Source: a virus. From it: 64,000 bases of DNA. Location: the IMG/VR virus record IMGVR_UViG_3300022926_000007, positions 17,747 to 81,746 of that record. One strand, 5' to 3'. The notes under the pieces are model-generated. The model searched no databases and had not been told where the DNA came from. It was given only the letters and a program-made list of their open reading frames with translations. Below, one piece after another: positions 39,040 to 48,106 of the stretch. The position numbers and the translations under genes were made by a program. The first letter of the stretch is position 1; each line of letters opens with the position of its first letter.

Positions 39040-39076
39040 AAATAAAAAAAGAGGCCGTTATTTCTAACGGCCTCTT
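39040..39076 (-). terminator. Rho-independent terminator after gp32
   Basis: GAGGCCGTTA/TAACGGCCTC stem followed by a T-tract on the - strand. Confidence 0.85.
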
Positions 39077-39102
39077 AAGCATTCAGTTATGAGAGAGATA
39101 GA

Positions 39103-39993
39103 TTACTCTTCCTCAGCTAATTTACTAAAGTAAGATAACGTATCGTCATCATCACTAGCTTCTGGTTGAGCACTAACTGGTGTGCTTTTCGCTGTATCGT
39201 TGGTTTTTGGCGGGAGGTTTGCATTTTCAACGGTACTAGCGTTTCTATCACCCGTAATTACCCTATTCAGTTTCTCTTTAAGTTCATCATAGGTTTTAAA
39301 ATTACTAGGGTCAAGGAAAGGTTTAAGAGCATATTGTTTTGACCAGATTTCTTTAATCTTGTCATCACTTTCAGCAAGAGTTGACACGCCTTCAAATTCA
39401 GACTTGTCATAGTTCCAATAACCATCAACTTTTCTGATTTTTAGTTTAAAGTTAGCACCTTTCCAAAAATCAAATGGGTTAATTGGTTGTTCATCATCAA
39501 ATGCTGGTTGCATCGCTTCAGTAATCTTATCAAATATCTTTTTACCAAATTTAAATAAAAATACTTTACCCTCATTTTCTGGATGTTTAGGGTCTGAAAC
39601 AACTAATATATTAGAGTAGTAAGATAATTTTCTTTTTCTTTTTCTTGCTATCTCTTTATCACTATCTAAACCTGTATTCCATAGTCTTGTATTTTCTTCT
39701 GACACAGGATCTTTTTGGCCTAGTGTTGTTAGTGAGTTCTCAATATACCAGCCACCTTTGTCTTGGAAAGCGTGTGACCAAATTCTTTGCCAAGGTAAAT
39801 CTTCACCCTCAACTGCCGGCAAAAATCTAATAACAGCATAACCGTTACCAGTTTTATCTAACTCTGGTTTCCAAAATCTGTCGTCTTGGTATTTGTTTTT
39901 ATTTGATTGATCTTCTGGAGCAAGATTTTGCTCTAGTGCTTTTGTAAGTTTGTCAAAATTACTTGACGAGCTTTTTAATGTTTCAAAGTCCAT
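39103..39993 (-). CDS. gp32: Single-stranded DNA-binding protein gp32
   Basis: DDRFWKP.LDK.GNGYAVIRFLP, GKKIFDKI, NYDKSEF, acidic tail. Confidence 0.97.
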   Translation of the reverse strand: MDFETLKSSSSNFDKLTKALEQNLAPEDQSNKNKYQDDRFWKPELDKTGNGYAVIRFLPAVEGEDLPWQRIWSHAFQDKGGWYIENSLTTLGQKDPVSEENTRLWNTGLDSDKEIARKRKRKLSYYSNILVVSDPKHPENEGKVFLFKFGKKIFDKITEAMQPAFDDEQPINPFDFWKGANFKLKIRKVDGYWNYDKSEFEGVSTLAESDDKIKEIWSKQYALKPFLDPSNFKTYDELKEKLNRVITGDRNASTVENANLPPKTNDTAKSTPVSAQPEASDDDDTLSYFSKLAEEE

Positions 39994-40184
39994 ATTTTCT
40001 CCTTATTACTTTGTATTCGTTGTATTTGTGTAGGCTGTTTAATCGCCTTCATTTTTATTTATAAGAGTTCTTGTTTTTTTTTTATTTTTCTTTGTAAAAA
40101 AGTTTTCAATGCTAGAAAAGAAATCATCAATAGCTCCTAAAATTCTATACATTATTTTATCAAACATAATTACCTCTTAATATG

Positions 40185-40350
40185 TACCTGGTGGGACTTA
40201 TTGGTTTACCCACAAGCTTTCCAGAAGCGTCCAATCTAATTTTAGATGGTCTGTACTCACAGCAAAATAGTGTGTCTTCAGCCACTAGGCCGTAACCCTC
40301 ACTACCCTCGCCTTACACCCGCTTAAGCGTTGTTCAGCCACAAGGCCAAT
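40185..40350 (-). ncRNA. Structured ncRNA, manA-motif-like
   Basis: GC-rich intergenic block behind its own early promoter (40390-40418). 5' GCTGAACAAC, 3' CTTGTGGG...TCCCACC hairpin. Confidence 0.55.
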
Positions 40351-40389
40351 CAAAGTTCGAATCTTTAATTGTTTTAACATATTCTGTAT

Positions 40390-40418
40390 AATATAACACA
40401 CTTTGACTAAAAAGTCAA
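40390..40418 (-). promoter_or_regulatory. Sigma70-like early promoter
   Basis: TTGACT-N17-TATATT. Confidence 0.75.
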
Positions 40419-40421
40419 TGC

Positions 40422-41285
40422 TCATTTGATATTAAATCTCTTTTTAAATTCAGCCATATCAATATATTTTAGGTTTATGACCGTACCATCCCATTCTAAT
40501 ACAGGTTTATTAACTTCATTCATATCTCTTAAATTAGGGTTGACCTTGTAAAATTGTATCTTTTTATGTGTGTTTCTACCATTAAAGTCCCAAAATGTCT
40601 GTTTCCATTGTTGTACCCAATTGACACTTGGTGTAGGTGAGTGATCTGCCACAACATAATTGTCTGTGCCTTTGTACATATTGTTGACTTTACCAGTTGT
40701 ACTATTCAAATCGTGGCCAACTAGATAAATTTCATCAGGTTGTTCTTTGACACAGGCAATATAACCTGAAGTAGGACCAGCTGCCCAACCTGGATCTTTC
40801 TTTTTATCTAATATGTCATTTATACAATTTGACTTATCATTATCTTTTATCCAAGAAATCTTAATTGTTTTTTGTTGTACGTGTTTTTTTTGTTTTGATT
40901 TATCTTTTTTAATTATGTTCACAGCACCAGCCACACTTGAACCGTGCATTACAAAATGATTTGTTTCTGGTGTTCTTTTATTTTCATAAAAGGCGCCTTC
41001 TTCTCTTGCCAATTTTATATCATCTTCACTTACACCAGACTTAATCATATTTTCATATAGTTCAGCAGGTACTTTTGACCAGTTTCTAAAATAACATTCA
41101 TTTTCATATGGGTAATCACTATGATATATTTCGTGCATTATACCTTGGTCTACAGCTACTAATACATCTGGTGTAAAATCTCTATATAGGGCATTACAAC
41201 CATATATCTTACCGTGTTCTCTTAACTGTCTTAAATCTATACTTCTACGGCTTTCACCATTTCCAATACAAAATACTCTTTTCAT
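40422..41285 (-). CDS. MptE/DUF115-like or sialyltransferase-like Rossmann protein
   Basis: FCIGNGESR, YGCNALYRD..PDVLVAVD, IYLVGHD. Confidence 0.6.
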   Translation of the reverse strand: MKRVFCIGNGESRRSIDLRQLREHGKIYGCNALYRDFTPDVLVAVDQGIMHEIYHSDYPYENECYFRNWSKVPAELYENMIKSGVSEDDIKLAREEGAFYENKRTPETNHFVMHGSSVAGAVNIIKKDKSKQKKHVQQKTIKISWIKDNDKSNCINDILDKKKDPGWAAGPTSGYIACVKEQPDEIYLVGHDLNSTTGKVNNMYKGTDNYVVADHSPTPSVNWVQQWKQTFWDFNGRNTHKKIQFYKVNPNLRDMNEVNKPVLEWDGTVINLKYIDMAEFKKRFNIK

Positions 41286-41893
41286 TTGTTTACAAATACA
41301 TCTTTCATAATCAGTTTACATTCTGTTTCATTAAACCGAATAAAAGGTTTTAGTCTGGTAAGCGTAGATGAGATTTTAGGCCATACAACTTTCTCGGTAA
41401 TTTTTTTATTCCAATTCTTACTAAACGATAAGATTTGGTCAAGCACAATGATGGTCTGCTGAGCCGCTCTTTTTTGAATAAGTAAACGTAAAAGTCGTGG
41501 ATGTTGTCCATTATGGCAAACGAAACCATCATCAAAACGAATATTATTCCGAATAAAGTCATCACTAATCCGTACGCAATCAGCCCTAAAATGGTAGGCA
41601 AATGCTTCTTTACGCTTTTTATAATCCAAGTAAACATCTCTACCATCTCTTTGTAAAAGATTACCAACCCATCCCTTGCTATCTGTAGCAAAGTTAGCAA
41701 CAAAGAAATCAAGTATATCATTTTGTCCATATTGTTTGCTCAGTTTGTGAAAGAAGTATCTATCATTTCTTTTGGTAAATGTTTCAAGTTTACAGTTGAC
41801 TTTTCCACCATATTGTATATAGTCATAATTTTTTGTGGTAAAATGTAGTTTAACACCCAAATAAACTTTAAATACATCAAACCCTCCATACAT
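41282..41893 (-). CDS. gp59: Helicase loader gp59
   Basis: YL.VKLHFT...YDY..Y.GK, RNDRYFFHKL. Confidence 0.9.
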   Translation of the reverse strand: MYGGFDVFKVYLGVKLHFTTKNYDYIQYGGKVNCKLETFTKRNDRYFFHKLSKQYGQNDILDFFVANFATDSKGWVGNLLQRDGRDVYLDYKKRKEAFAYHFRADCVRISDDFIRNNIRFDDGFVCHNGQHPRLLRLLIQKRAAQQTIIVLDQILSFSKNWNKKITEKVVWPKISSTLTRLKPFIRFNETECKLIMKDVFVNK

Positions 41894-41896
41894 AAA

Positions 41897-42112
41897 TTAA
41901 ATAGGCAATTGGCCACACTTCGGATACTTTAACATCCTCTTATTGGTTGCTTCTAATTTGATTTTTTCTTTTAATGATTTTGAAATAAGTTTTGATACTG
42001 TGCCTGGATCTATTTCGTTTTCTTCACAAAATAATAGCACGGCGTCCATATGAGAACACCTTTTTTCTTTGACTAGACTTTCAATTTTTAAACTAAATTC
42101 TTTACTGTTCAT
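41897..42112 (-). CDS. gp33: Late-transcription coactivator gp33
   Basis: FS..IE..V......MDA...FCEENEID....SKLISKSLKEKI..EA. Confidence 0.88.
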   Translation of the reverse strand: MNSKEFSLKIESLVKEKRCSHMDAVLLFCEENEIDPGTVSKLISKSLKEKIKLEATNKRMLKYPKCGQLPI

Positions 42113-42177
42113 TTCACACCTTTCATAAATGGGGGTTACTACCACTAGCGTTCACCCCCATAGTTATAACCATTACC

Positions 42178-42206
42178 AATATAACATAATGGTCTTAAAT
42201 TGTCAA
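42178..42206 (-). promoter_or_regulatory. Sigma70-like early promoter
   Basis: TTGACA-N17-TATATT. Confidence 0.75.
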
Positions 42207-42208
42207 TG

Positions 42209-42544
42209 TTATTTTGGCGCTTCTGTTAAATCAAATGTATGAAATAATATACATCTTTCAGCGCCACTTGGTACATCAATAGTTGCTGATGTTTGAGTAC
42301 CGTCTTCAGATATATAATAAGTTATCATAAAAACAGGTTGACCACCTTCTACCATTCCTTCTCTACCCAATGATATACTTACTGGTTTAAACTTATAATG
42401 TTTTAGATAGTTTTCTATTTTTTCTGGTGTTGAACACAAAGCTGGTATTTGTTGAAAATAATAATCACCATAATCGTCTGAATGGTCAGCATTAACAGAA
42501 AAAACAAATAAACTTAATATAAAACTTAAAATTAATTTCTTCAT
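42209..42544 (-). CDS. Secreted/periplasmic hypothetical protein
   Basis: Signal peptide MKKLILSFILSLFVFSVNA, two Cys. Confidence 0.7.
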   Translation of the reverse strand: MKKLILSFILSLFVFSVNADHSDDYGDYYFQQIPALCSTPEKIENYLKHYKFKPVSISLGREGMVEGGQPVFMITYYISEDGTQTSATIDVPSGAERCILFHTFDLTEAPK

Positions 42545-42581
42545 AGCCTCCTTGCTGATAAAACGAGGCCACCTTTTTGAT

Positions 42582-43277
42582 CTACTTGCTTATTTTATCT
42601 TTGTTTAATTCTTCATAATATTTATAAAAGCCATCAATTGCCTTCATAAGGTCTTGTTCGTAATCTTTCTTTTCTTTGATAAAACATTGTGAAGTACCAT
42701 CTTCACTTGCTAATAAAATAACCACTTGTTCTATTGGTGTACCAAATGTTTCTTCATACATATGAGCATATGCTGTAGTTTGCATAAAGTAATTATCAAT
42801 CCAACTTTCTTCTCTTTGTTTGTTGGCCGTTTTAAAATCAATTACAGATAGTTTACCATTGTATTCAGCAACACAGTCCACTTGACCAGCAATTGTAAGT
42901 TTTTTACTATACATAATTGCCTCTAGTAAATGTATGTTATCTATTTGATCTATGTAAGGTTTTAATAGTTTGAATAAACCTAATGGTAACACATCACGGA
43001 TTGATGGTGTTTCGTTCTTAATATATTGTTCTACTAAAGTGTGAGTAGCTTTACCTCTACGAGCTGCTCTACCCATTTCCCATTGAGCAACTTTCTCACC
43101 AATACTGTCACGCCATTTTTGTAAACCATCTTTTTTAAGTTGGCCTAATACTGTTGTAACTGATGGATAATTTTTACCGTCTATATTGTAAAATCTAAAA
43201 CCATCTACTTTCATACCTTTGGTTTTAGGAAGTAATGTCTTGTCTAAATCTATAAATTTAAATTCTTTTTTTGCCAT
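42582..43277 (-). CDS. PD-(D/E)xK exonuclease
   Basis: YPSVTTVL, RG...H, AGQVDCVA, IDFKT, Q..AY. Confidence 0.88.
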   Translation of the reverse strand: MAKKEFKFIDLDKTLLPKTKGMKVDGFRFYNIDGKNYPSVTTVLGQLKKDGLQKWRDSIGEKVAQWEMGRAARRGKATHTLVEQYIKNETPSIRDVLPLGLFKLLKPYIDQIDNIHLLEAIMYSKKLTIAGQVDCVAEYNGKLSVIDFKTANKQREESWIDNYFMQTTAYAHMYEETFGTPIEQVVILLASEDGTSQCFIKEKKDYEQDLMKAIDGFYKYYEELNKDKISK

Positions 43278-43307
43278 AATATTTCACCTTCATTTATTGT
43301 ATTCCAT

Positions 43308-43336
43308 AATATATCATAATATAGGGCGTTTGTCAA
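43308..43336 (-). promoter_or_regulatory. Sigma70-like early promoter
   Basis: TTGACA-N17-TATATT. Confidence 0.75.
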
Positions 43337-43384
43337 CCCTTAAATGCCCTTTTTCATATACATATTATTAAGTTCGTCAGGCGT

Positions 43385-43852
43385 TCAGTATTCGTACTTC
43401 TCGTATTGTGTCTTACCAAATTGATTTCTAAAAGCTCTCAATAGTTCTTTTCTATTTCCTTCTTTTTTGTACGATACGTGTACCCAACCAGAGTTCGGTT
43501 CATCTGGACCTTTCCAAAACTCCAATATCATTTGGTCATAATCTAAATTTTGATCTATCCAAATTACCAATTCTTGGTTGGAAACTCCAAAGATTTCAAA
43601 ATCGGCCGCCTGGCCTTTAGCGTGCTGTGAATTTTTGCTTGAGCCAATGGCCTCACACAATTCTTCGGATCTAAATCCGGAGCTCACACTTACGACTTTA
43701 CCAAAGTGATCTCGTACTGGTTGTAAAATTTTTTCACATAATAACTTTAAAGAGTTAATTTGATCCTCATTAGGATTATTATTAATTCCTTTTCGGTCAG
43801 CCGTCTGGCTGGCAACTAGCTCTTTAAGCGTGAAGTTTTTGCTTAATATCAT
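43385..43852 (-). CDS. Peptidase M15A (putative endolysin)
   Basis: LS.NF.L.E, SSGFRS, SQHAKGQAAD, WVHVS. Confidence 0.9.
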   Translation of the reverse strand: MILSKNFTLKELVASQTADRKGINNNPNEDQINSLKLLCEKILQPVRDHFGKVVSVSSGFRSEELCEAIGSSKNSQHAKGQAADFEIFGVSNQELVIWIDQNLDYDQMILEFWKGPDEPNSGWVHVSYKKEGNRKELLRAFRNQFGKTQYEKYEY

Positions 43853-43994
43853 TTAGTTTATCCTTTGCTTTTAATTTTAACTTTTTGAGTTCTCTTAATT
43901 CAAACCAACTCTTTATACCTCTATCATTATTTCTTCTTTGTTCAATTTCATTTACTTTGGTTTTTAGTTCTTTATGTTTTGCTTTCGCTATCAT
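43824..43994 (-). CDS. DUF465/YdcH-like coiled-coil protein, 56 aa (absent from ORF track)
   Basis: H.EL...V......LRELKKLKLKAKDKL. Confidence 0.6.
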   Translation of the reverse strand: MIAKAKHKELKTKVNEIEQRRNNDRGIKSWFELRELKKLKLKAKDKLNDIKQKLHA

Positions 43995-43995
43995 A

Positions 43996-44388
43996 TTAAC
44001 CTCTCGTTAGTTTTAAGATTTTCTCTATTTGTGCCTTAATGATTGGACCTCTATTAGGCCAATGTATGTAAGGCTCGTCACTTTTAGATAGATTATATAA
44101 AAATGGTAATATAATCTTTTCTAAATCTTTAAATCTTTGTTGTGTTTCTTCATCTGATATTTCTTTTGTGATAGTTTCTTTTTCTGCCACAATTTGCATT
44201 ATCTCATTCATCATTGATTTGATAGATGAAACATCATCTTTGACTTTTGCTATTTCTAAATTTGAATTTTCTATGACGCTAGGGTCAATAGTTGGTTGTG
44301 TTTGTTCGGCAGGTTTTGATACTGGTGTTATACCCCAATCTTCATTAAGGTCAAACCCCCTCATATAATCTGGTATATCGTCAGCCAT
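43996..44388 (-). CDS. Hypothetical protein
   Basis: PFLYNL.K....YIHWPNR. Confidence 0.7.
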   Translation of the reverse strand: MADDIPDYMRGFDLNEDWGITPVSKPAEQTQPTIDPSVIENSNLEIAKVKDDVSSIKSMMNEIMQIVAEKETITKEISDEETQQRFKDLEKIILPFLYNLSKSDEPYIHWPNRGPIIKAQIEKILKLTRG

Positions 44389-44389
44389 A

Positions 44390-44689
44390 TTATTTCCTTT
44401 TCCTATGTTTTGCTAATACTTGTTCTGTTTTGGATTGTTTAATAGATTTTTTACCATATCTATCTGCTAAAGCACTTTTTGGATGTGCTTCTGCTATTCT
44501 ACTTAAATTTTCTTTCCATCCACCATCCGTTTTCATTGTTATACCTGAAGCACCACTAATAATATTTAGACCTTTAATCACCTGTGTTATGTGTGGATTC
44601 TTATCCAAATACTCTTCCATTTCAGAAATAGACATCATTTCATCATATTCTTTATTGGTTTTCTTATTTAAAAAAGTATAAATGGGCAT
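44390..44689 (-). CDS. FmdB-like small protein
   Basis: MPIYTF N-terminus. Zn-ligand cysteines absent. Confidence 0.55.
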   Translation of the reverse strand: MPIYTFLNKKTNKEYDEMMSISEMEEYLDKNPHITQVIKGLNIISGASGITMKTDGGWKENLSRIAEAHPKSALADRYGKKSIKQSKTEQVLAKHRKRK

Positions 44690-44877
44690 TATTTAAACCA
44701 ATGATGATATGCTAGATATGGAACCAAAATAGGGTAAACTATATGTTCAACTATTTCATATAAAACTAAAAAAGTTAATATTATTGCCCACCATTTAGAT
44801 GTTTTAGCTTTATCAGCGACATAACCAAAAATCTTAGCGTGAGTTCTACCTATCTTTTGTATAAGTTTATTGAACAT
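44689..44877 (-). CDS. Small membrane protein
   Basis: Coupled ORF with one TM. Confidence 0.6.
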   Translation of the reverse strand: MFNKLIQKIGRTHAKIFGYVADKAKTSKWWAIILTFLVLYEIVEHIVYPILVPYLAYHHWFK

Positions 44878-44878
44878 A

Positions 44879-45100
44879 TTATTGTTTAAAAGGATCTTTT
44901 GTTATAAAATACTTTTCTAGCATTTCTAATTGATCGTCATACTCAGCTATAATCTTTAATTCATTTTCAATTGTTTCTACAACATCTGGATGTTCAGCAA
45001 TACCATTTACTTTTTGTAATAATATTTCAACATTTGCTCTATGTTTATCTATATGTCCTGTAGCGTGTGATTTTAAAGCTTCTATTAATGCTTCTCTCAT
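44879..45100 (-). CDS. Hypothetical protein
   Basis: H..G.I.KH.ANVE.LL....GIAEHPD. Confidence 0.7.
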   Translation of the reverse strand: MREALIEALKSHATGHIDKHRANVEILLQKVNGIAEHPDVVETIENELKIIAEYDDQLEMLEKYFITKDPFKQ

Positions 45101-45209
45101 TGTTCTAACTCCTTTATTTGTTCTTCACTTAATTCAGATTCTTTTAATCCTTCTCTTAACATTTGTATTTGGGGTCCCGTTATTGTTTCTGTGTAATCAA
45201 ACTCTATTA

Positions 45210-45416
45210 TCATACTAATCCACTCCATCCATTATCTGGTTCTATTGTTTTTTTTCTTTTAAAACTACCTTTGCCTTTTTTAGGTTTAACTACCTTTGAT
45301 TTATACTTCGGTGTTCTAACCTCTTTGGCCATAGGATTAGTTTTAAAAATCCTGTTGTACTCTTCCTCGTATTTCTTATTAGTTATACGGCTTCTACCGT
45401 CCCATTTACCTGGCAT
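45210..45416 (-). CDS. ArfA-like basic protein
   Basis: NPMAKEVRTPKYKSKVVKPKKGKGSFKRK aligns by eye with the ArfA core [29 protein letters not shown]. Confidence 0.55.
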   Translation of the reverse strand: MPGKWDGRSRITNKKYEEEYNRIFKTNPMAKEVRTPKYKSKVVKPKKGKGSFKRKKTIEPDNGWSGLV

Positions 45417-45978
45417 TTCCAATACTCTTTTGATACCACTCTGGAACAACTGCTGGAGCTTTCCAAGTAGCAAATCTTTGTTTCTTCATAATATAATAGT
45501 TACGATAACTACCAACTACATCACCTGGTATTTTACATTCATCTGGCATAGCAGGTGTTGGATCAGTAGCAATTTTATTTATCTCAGCATTTTTAGGTGG
45601 GTGTTTTAACAAATCACCTAGTTTTTGAATTGCTAAGTGGTTTTTTGTGTGATTATATCTTTTTTTGTATTCTTCATTTAGAGCCATCATATGTCTATAC
45701 AACCACAAATAGTTATAAGCAGATTCAAATAACCATAATGTACTAGGGTGTTTTATCCAGCCTGCCTTATACAATACGGCCTCCATATTTGAATTAGGAT
45801 GTTTCCATCTTTTTATCTTACGACCATTTTTTGTTTTATCATAGTATTCTGTACCATCTAATACTCTATGACAAGTAGATAACAATTGTGCTGATTCTAA
45901 AATCATTTTGACCACGTGTTTATCACAACTCATTTGAGCAGCTTTAATAGGGTCTTTATCTAAGTAAAATATATTCAT
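45406..45978 (-). CDS. Pyrimidine-dimer DNA glycosylase / DenV-superfamily-like protein
   Basis: MNIFYLD.DP..AA...CDKHVVKMILESAQLLST, HP...W, YR.YY...K. Confidence 0.7.
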   Translation of the reverse strand: MNIFYLDKDPIKAAQMSCDKHVVKMILESAQLLSTCHRVLDGTEYYDKTKNGRKIKRWKHPNSNMEAVLYKAGWIKHPSTLWLFESAYNYLWLYRHMMALNEEYKKRYNHTKNHLAIQKLGDLLKHPPKNAEINKIATDPTPAMPDECKIPGDVVGSYRNYYIMKKQRFATWKAPAVVPEWYQKSIGNAR

Positions 45979-45987
45979 TGTACCTCC

Positions 45988-46338
45988 CTAATATACAGCA
46001 TTTTCATATTTTGTTTGTTTATTTAATTTGCTTTCAACATTATCTATTTTTTTGTATAAGATAATTAAATCATTTTTCAATTGTTTCATATACATTGATA
46101 AATCATAGTCTATACTACCCAACTCTTTTTTTACATCATTTAATTTTTCATCAATAAATGAATTGTCAACTGTACTTTCTACTTTTACATCAAGCACTTT
46201 ATCTTCTAGCATAACCAAACTACGTTTTACTTTTGTTTCAGACTCTTTAATATTTTCATTAATAATATGGATTGAATAAACTGTATATACAGCAACTAAT
46301 ATTAAAAATGTTTTAATAGTATTGTTTATTATATTCAT
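45988..46338 (-). CDS. Membrane-anchored coiled-coil protein
   Basis: N-terminal TM plus heptads. Confidence 0.6.
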   Translation of the reverse strand: MNIINNTIKTFLILVAVYTVYSIHIINENIKESETKVKRSLVMLEDKVLDVKVESTVDNSFIDEKLNDVKKELGSIDYDLSMYMKQLKNDLIILYKKIDNVESKLNKQTKYENAVY

Positions 46339-46538
46339 TAGTCGATCACTTTTCTAAAATATCCCATAGCATTATATTTTTCACTTAATTTTTTAAACAC
46401 ATTATACCAATATTCTTTTGACCAATTAGTTTCAGCCATTCTACACCTATTTTCGGCGTTTGTCAACCGTCTAATTTGATCTGAATTTAAATGTGATAAT
46501 TGTGGTATTGTTCTATTTACATCTTCAATTGTCATCAT
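46338..46538 (-). CDS. Hypothetical early protein
   Basis: GGAGG RBS. Promoter TTGACA-N16-TATATT at 46563-46590. Confidence 0.65.
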   Translation of the reverse strand: MMTIEDVNRTIPQLSHLNSDQIRRLTNAENRCRMAETNWSKEYWYNVFKKLSEKYNAMGYFRKVID

Positions 46539-46592
46539 AATATATAACCTCCGTATTCTTATAATATATCATATCTGGCCTAAATGTCAAGC

Positions 46593-47525
46593 CTATATGT
46601 TTCTGTCCTGCCTGTTATTTATTGACATTATTTCGTTTAATTTTACCTTAATTTCGTCTGGATTGTCACCTAAGCCTTTGGTAATGTCTTTAAAACCTTT
46701 TAATCTCTTGTTCCTTTTCTCTAATTTTTGTATCTTTTTTCTTAAATCCTGATTTCGATTCTCTTTTACAAGTATCTTTTTCATACGCCATTGTCTTAAA
46801 GATATATTGGCCGCTATCAATAATAATACAGCTAAAGGATCAAATACAAATATAAGAATTAATATGACAATACGAACCGCCTTATCAAAGTTATCTTGTG
46901 CGTTCTCACCATATATCAGTTCAGCAACATATTTAATTGGTCCGACTTCGGCTTCAATCTTATCTTGTTCTAAACTTAATGACGCTTTTTCATTTGTAAG
47001 TTCAGCAATCTTATCACTTGCGTTATTGATTGCTGTATTTAAAGTGTTTCGTTCTTCTTCTTGTTTTTGTCTTTCTTTTAAACCACGTGTAACAAATTCT
47101 TTTTCAATATACACATCTAAAGCTTTATCTAATTGATCTAAAGTCTTTTGTGACCTGTCTATAATTAACTGTTGTTGATTAATTTGATTGTTTAATACAG
47201 AAATTTTTATGTTATTACCTGATGTAGGTTTTACTTGGTCAAGGTGTGCCTTTGATAGAAAACCAAAGATACCCATTGATGTAATGAATATTAAAACTAT
47301 AATAGCACCAAAGAGATATGCTTTTAGTAAACGTGGTACATCACTATTCCAGTTATTATATAACCAACTGGCGGCAACAAGTTTACCAACTTCTAATGCT
47401 GAACCCATAGCAATAATAGGTATCACAGCACCAGCAAACAATGTTGCTAGACCTATGATTGAATACCCAGCCGCTATAATAGATATAGATATGGCCGATA
47501 GAAATGTAAGTATTGTTAAAAACAT
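46593..47525 (-). CDS. Multi-pass membrane protein with long coiled coil
   Basis: YSIIGL..LF.GA, LEVGKLV, TSMGIFGFLSKAH, IFVFDPLAVLLL. Confidence 0.75.
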   Translation of the reverse strand: MFLTILTFLSAISISIIAAGYSIIGLATLFAGAVIPIIAMGSALEVGKLVAASWLYNNWNSDVPRLLKAYLFGAIIVLIFITSMGIFGFLSKAHLDQVKPTSGNNIKISVLNNQINQQQLIIDRSQKTLDQLDKALDVYIEKEFVTRGLKERQKQEEERNTLNTAINNASDKIAELTNEKASLSLEQDKIEAEVGPIKYVAELIYGENAQDNFDKAVRIVILILIFVFDPLAVLLLIAANISLRQWRMKKILVKENRNQDLRKKIQKLEKRNKRLKGFKDITKGLGDNPDEIKVKLNEIMSINNRQDRNI

Positions 47526-48106
47526 TATTTTATATTATACTCGTTTCTAATTGTTTTAATTATACTTTTAATTTTAGGAAAATAATTTTTATCTGAGGCG
47601 TAGGCACCAAGTGTTTCTACTAATTTAAATGGGTCGTCAATTCCTTCTTCTCTCAACTTCCTATAATCTTCAAAACTTGTACCATTATTTAGTATTTTAA
47701 TATAGTGTTCTACACTATAACATTCGTGTTCATAAACTCTTACACCCCATTTCTTTGGAGTATTTGATGGTAACATATGAGGGTCTTGTAAATCATATGT
47801 TCTTATACCAAATAAGTTTTTACCAACTTTGGCAAACCGACTATCACCCCAACCTGATTCTAATGCTGCCTGAGCAAGTAATAGTTCTACATTTACTTTT
47901 TCAAAATCTTTATTTTTCCAATAGACATAATCCACACATTGTAAAACGTTATCTAAAAATTGTTGATTGTTTGTGTGTTCAAAATCAGGTTTAGTTGGTA
48001 TTATTTCTGCTGCTCTGGTCTTACCATCTTGTATATAAAAATATATGGTTATCGCAAAAAATAAAGCGACAATAACTCCCATAATTGTTTTTATAAAGAT
48101 TTTCAC
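47525..48106 (-). CDS. Membrane-anchored glucosaminidase (GH73/Bax-like)
   Basis: AQAALESGWG.SRFA...NLFGI, YASD..Y. Confidence 0.85.
   Translation of the reverse strand: MKIFIKTIMGVIVALFFAITIYFYIQDGKTRAAEIIPTKPDFEHTNNQQFLDNVLQCVDYVYWKNKDFEKVNVELLLAQAALESGWGDSRFAKVGKNLFGIRTYDLQDPHMLPSNTPKKWGVRVYEHECYSVEHYIKILNNGTSFEDYRKLREEGIDDPFKLVETLGAYASDKNYFPKIKSIIKTIRNEYNIK

Larger units (their letters stand above)
5742..40063 (-). promoter_or_regulatory. Set of T4 late promoters TATAAATA
   Basis: Exact matches at 5742, 6706, 16509, 17728, 22639, 25946, 26231, 28139, 33335, 39026 and 40056 (also 63315), nearly all just upstream of a gene start. Confidence 0.85.

Noticed and set aside
42582-43277. Cas4 / CRISPR association
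   Set aside because: This is a common T4-like exonuclease with no Fe-S Cys cluster, and no repeat-spacer array was seen anywhere in the window.
43334-43387. TGA read-through of the M15 peptidase (…KYEY*TPDELNNVYEKRAFKG*)
   Set aside because: The domain is already complete and no SECIS-like evidence is visible. TGA is used as a normal stop elsewhere, so there is no support for recoding.
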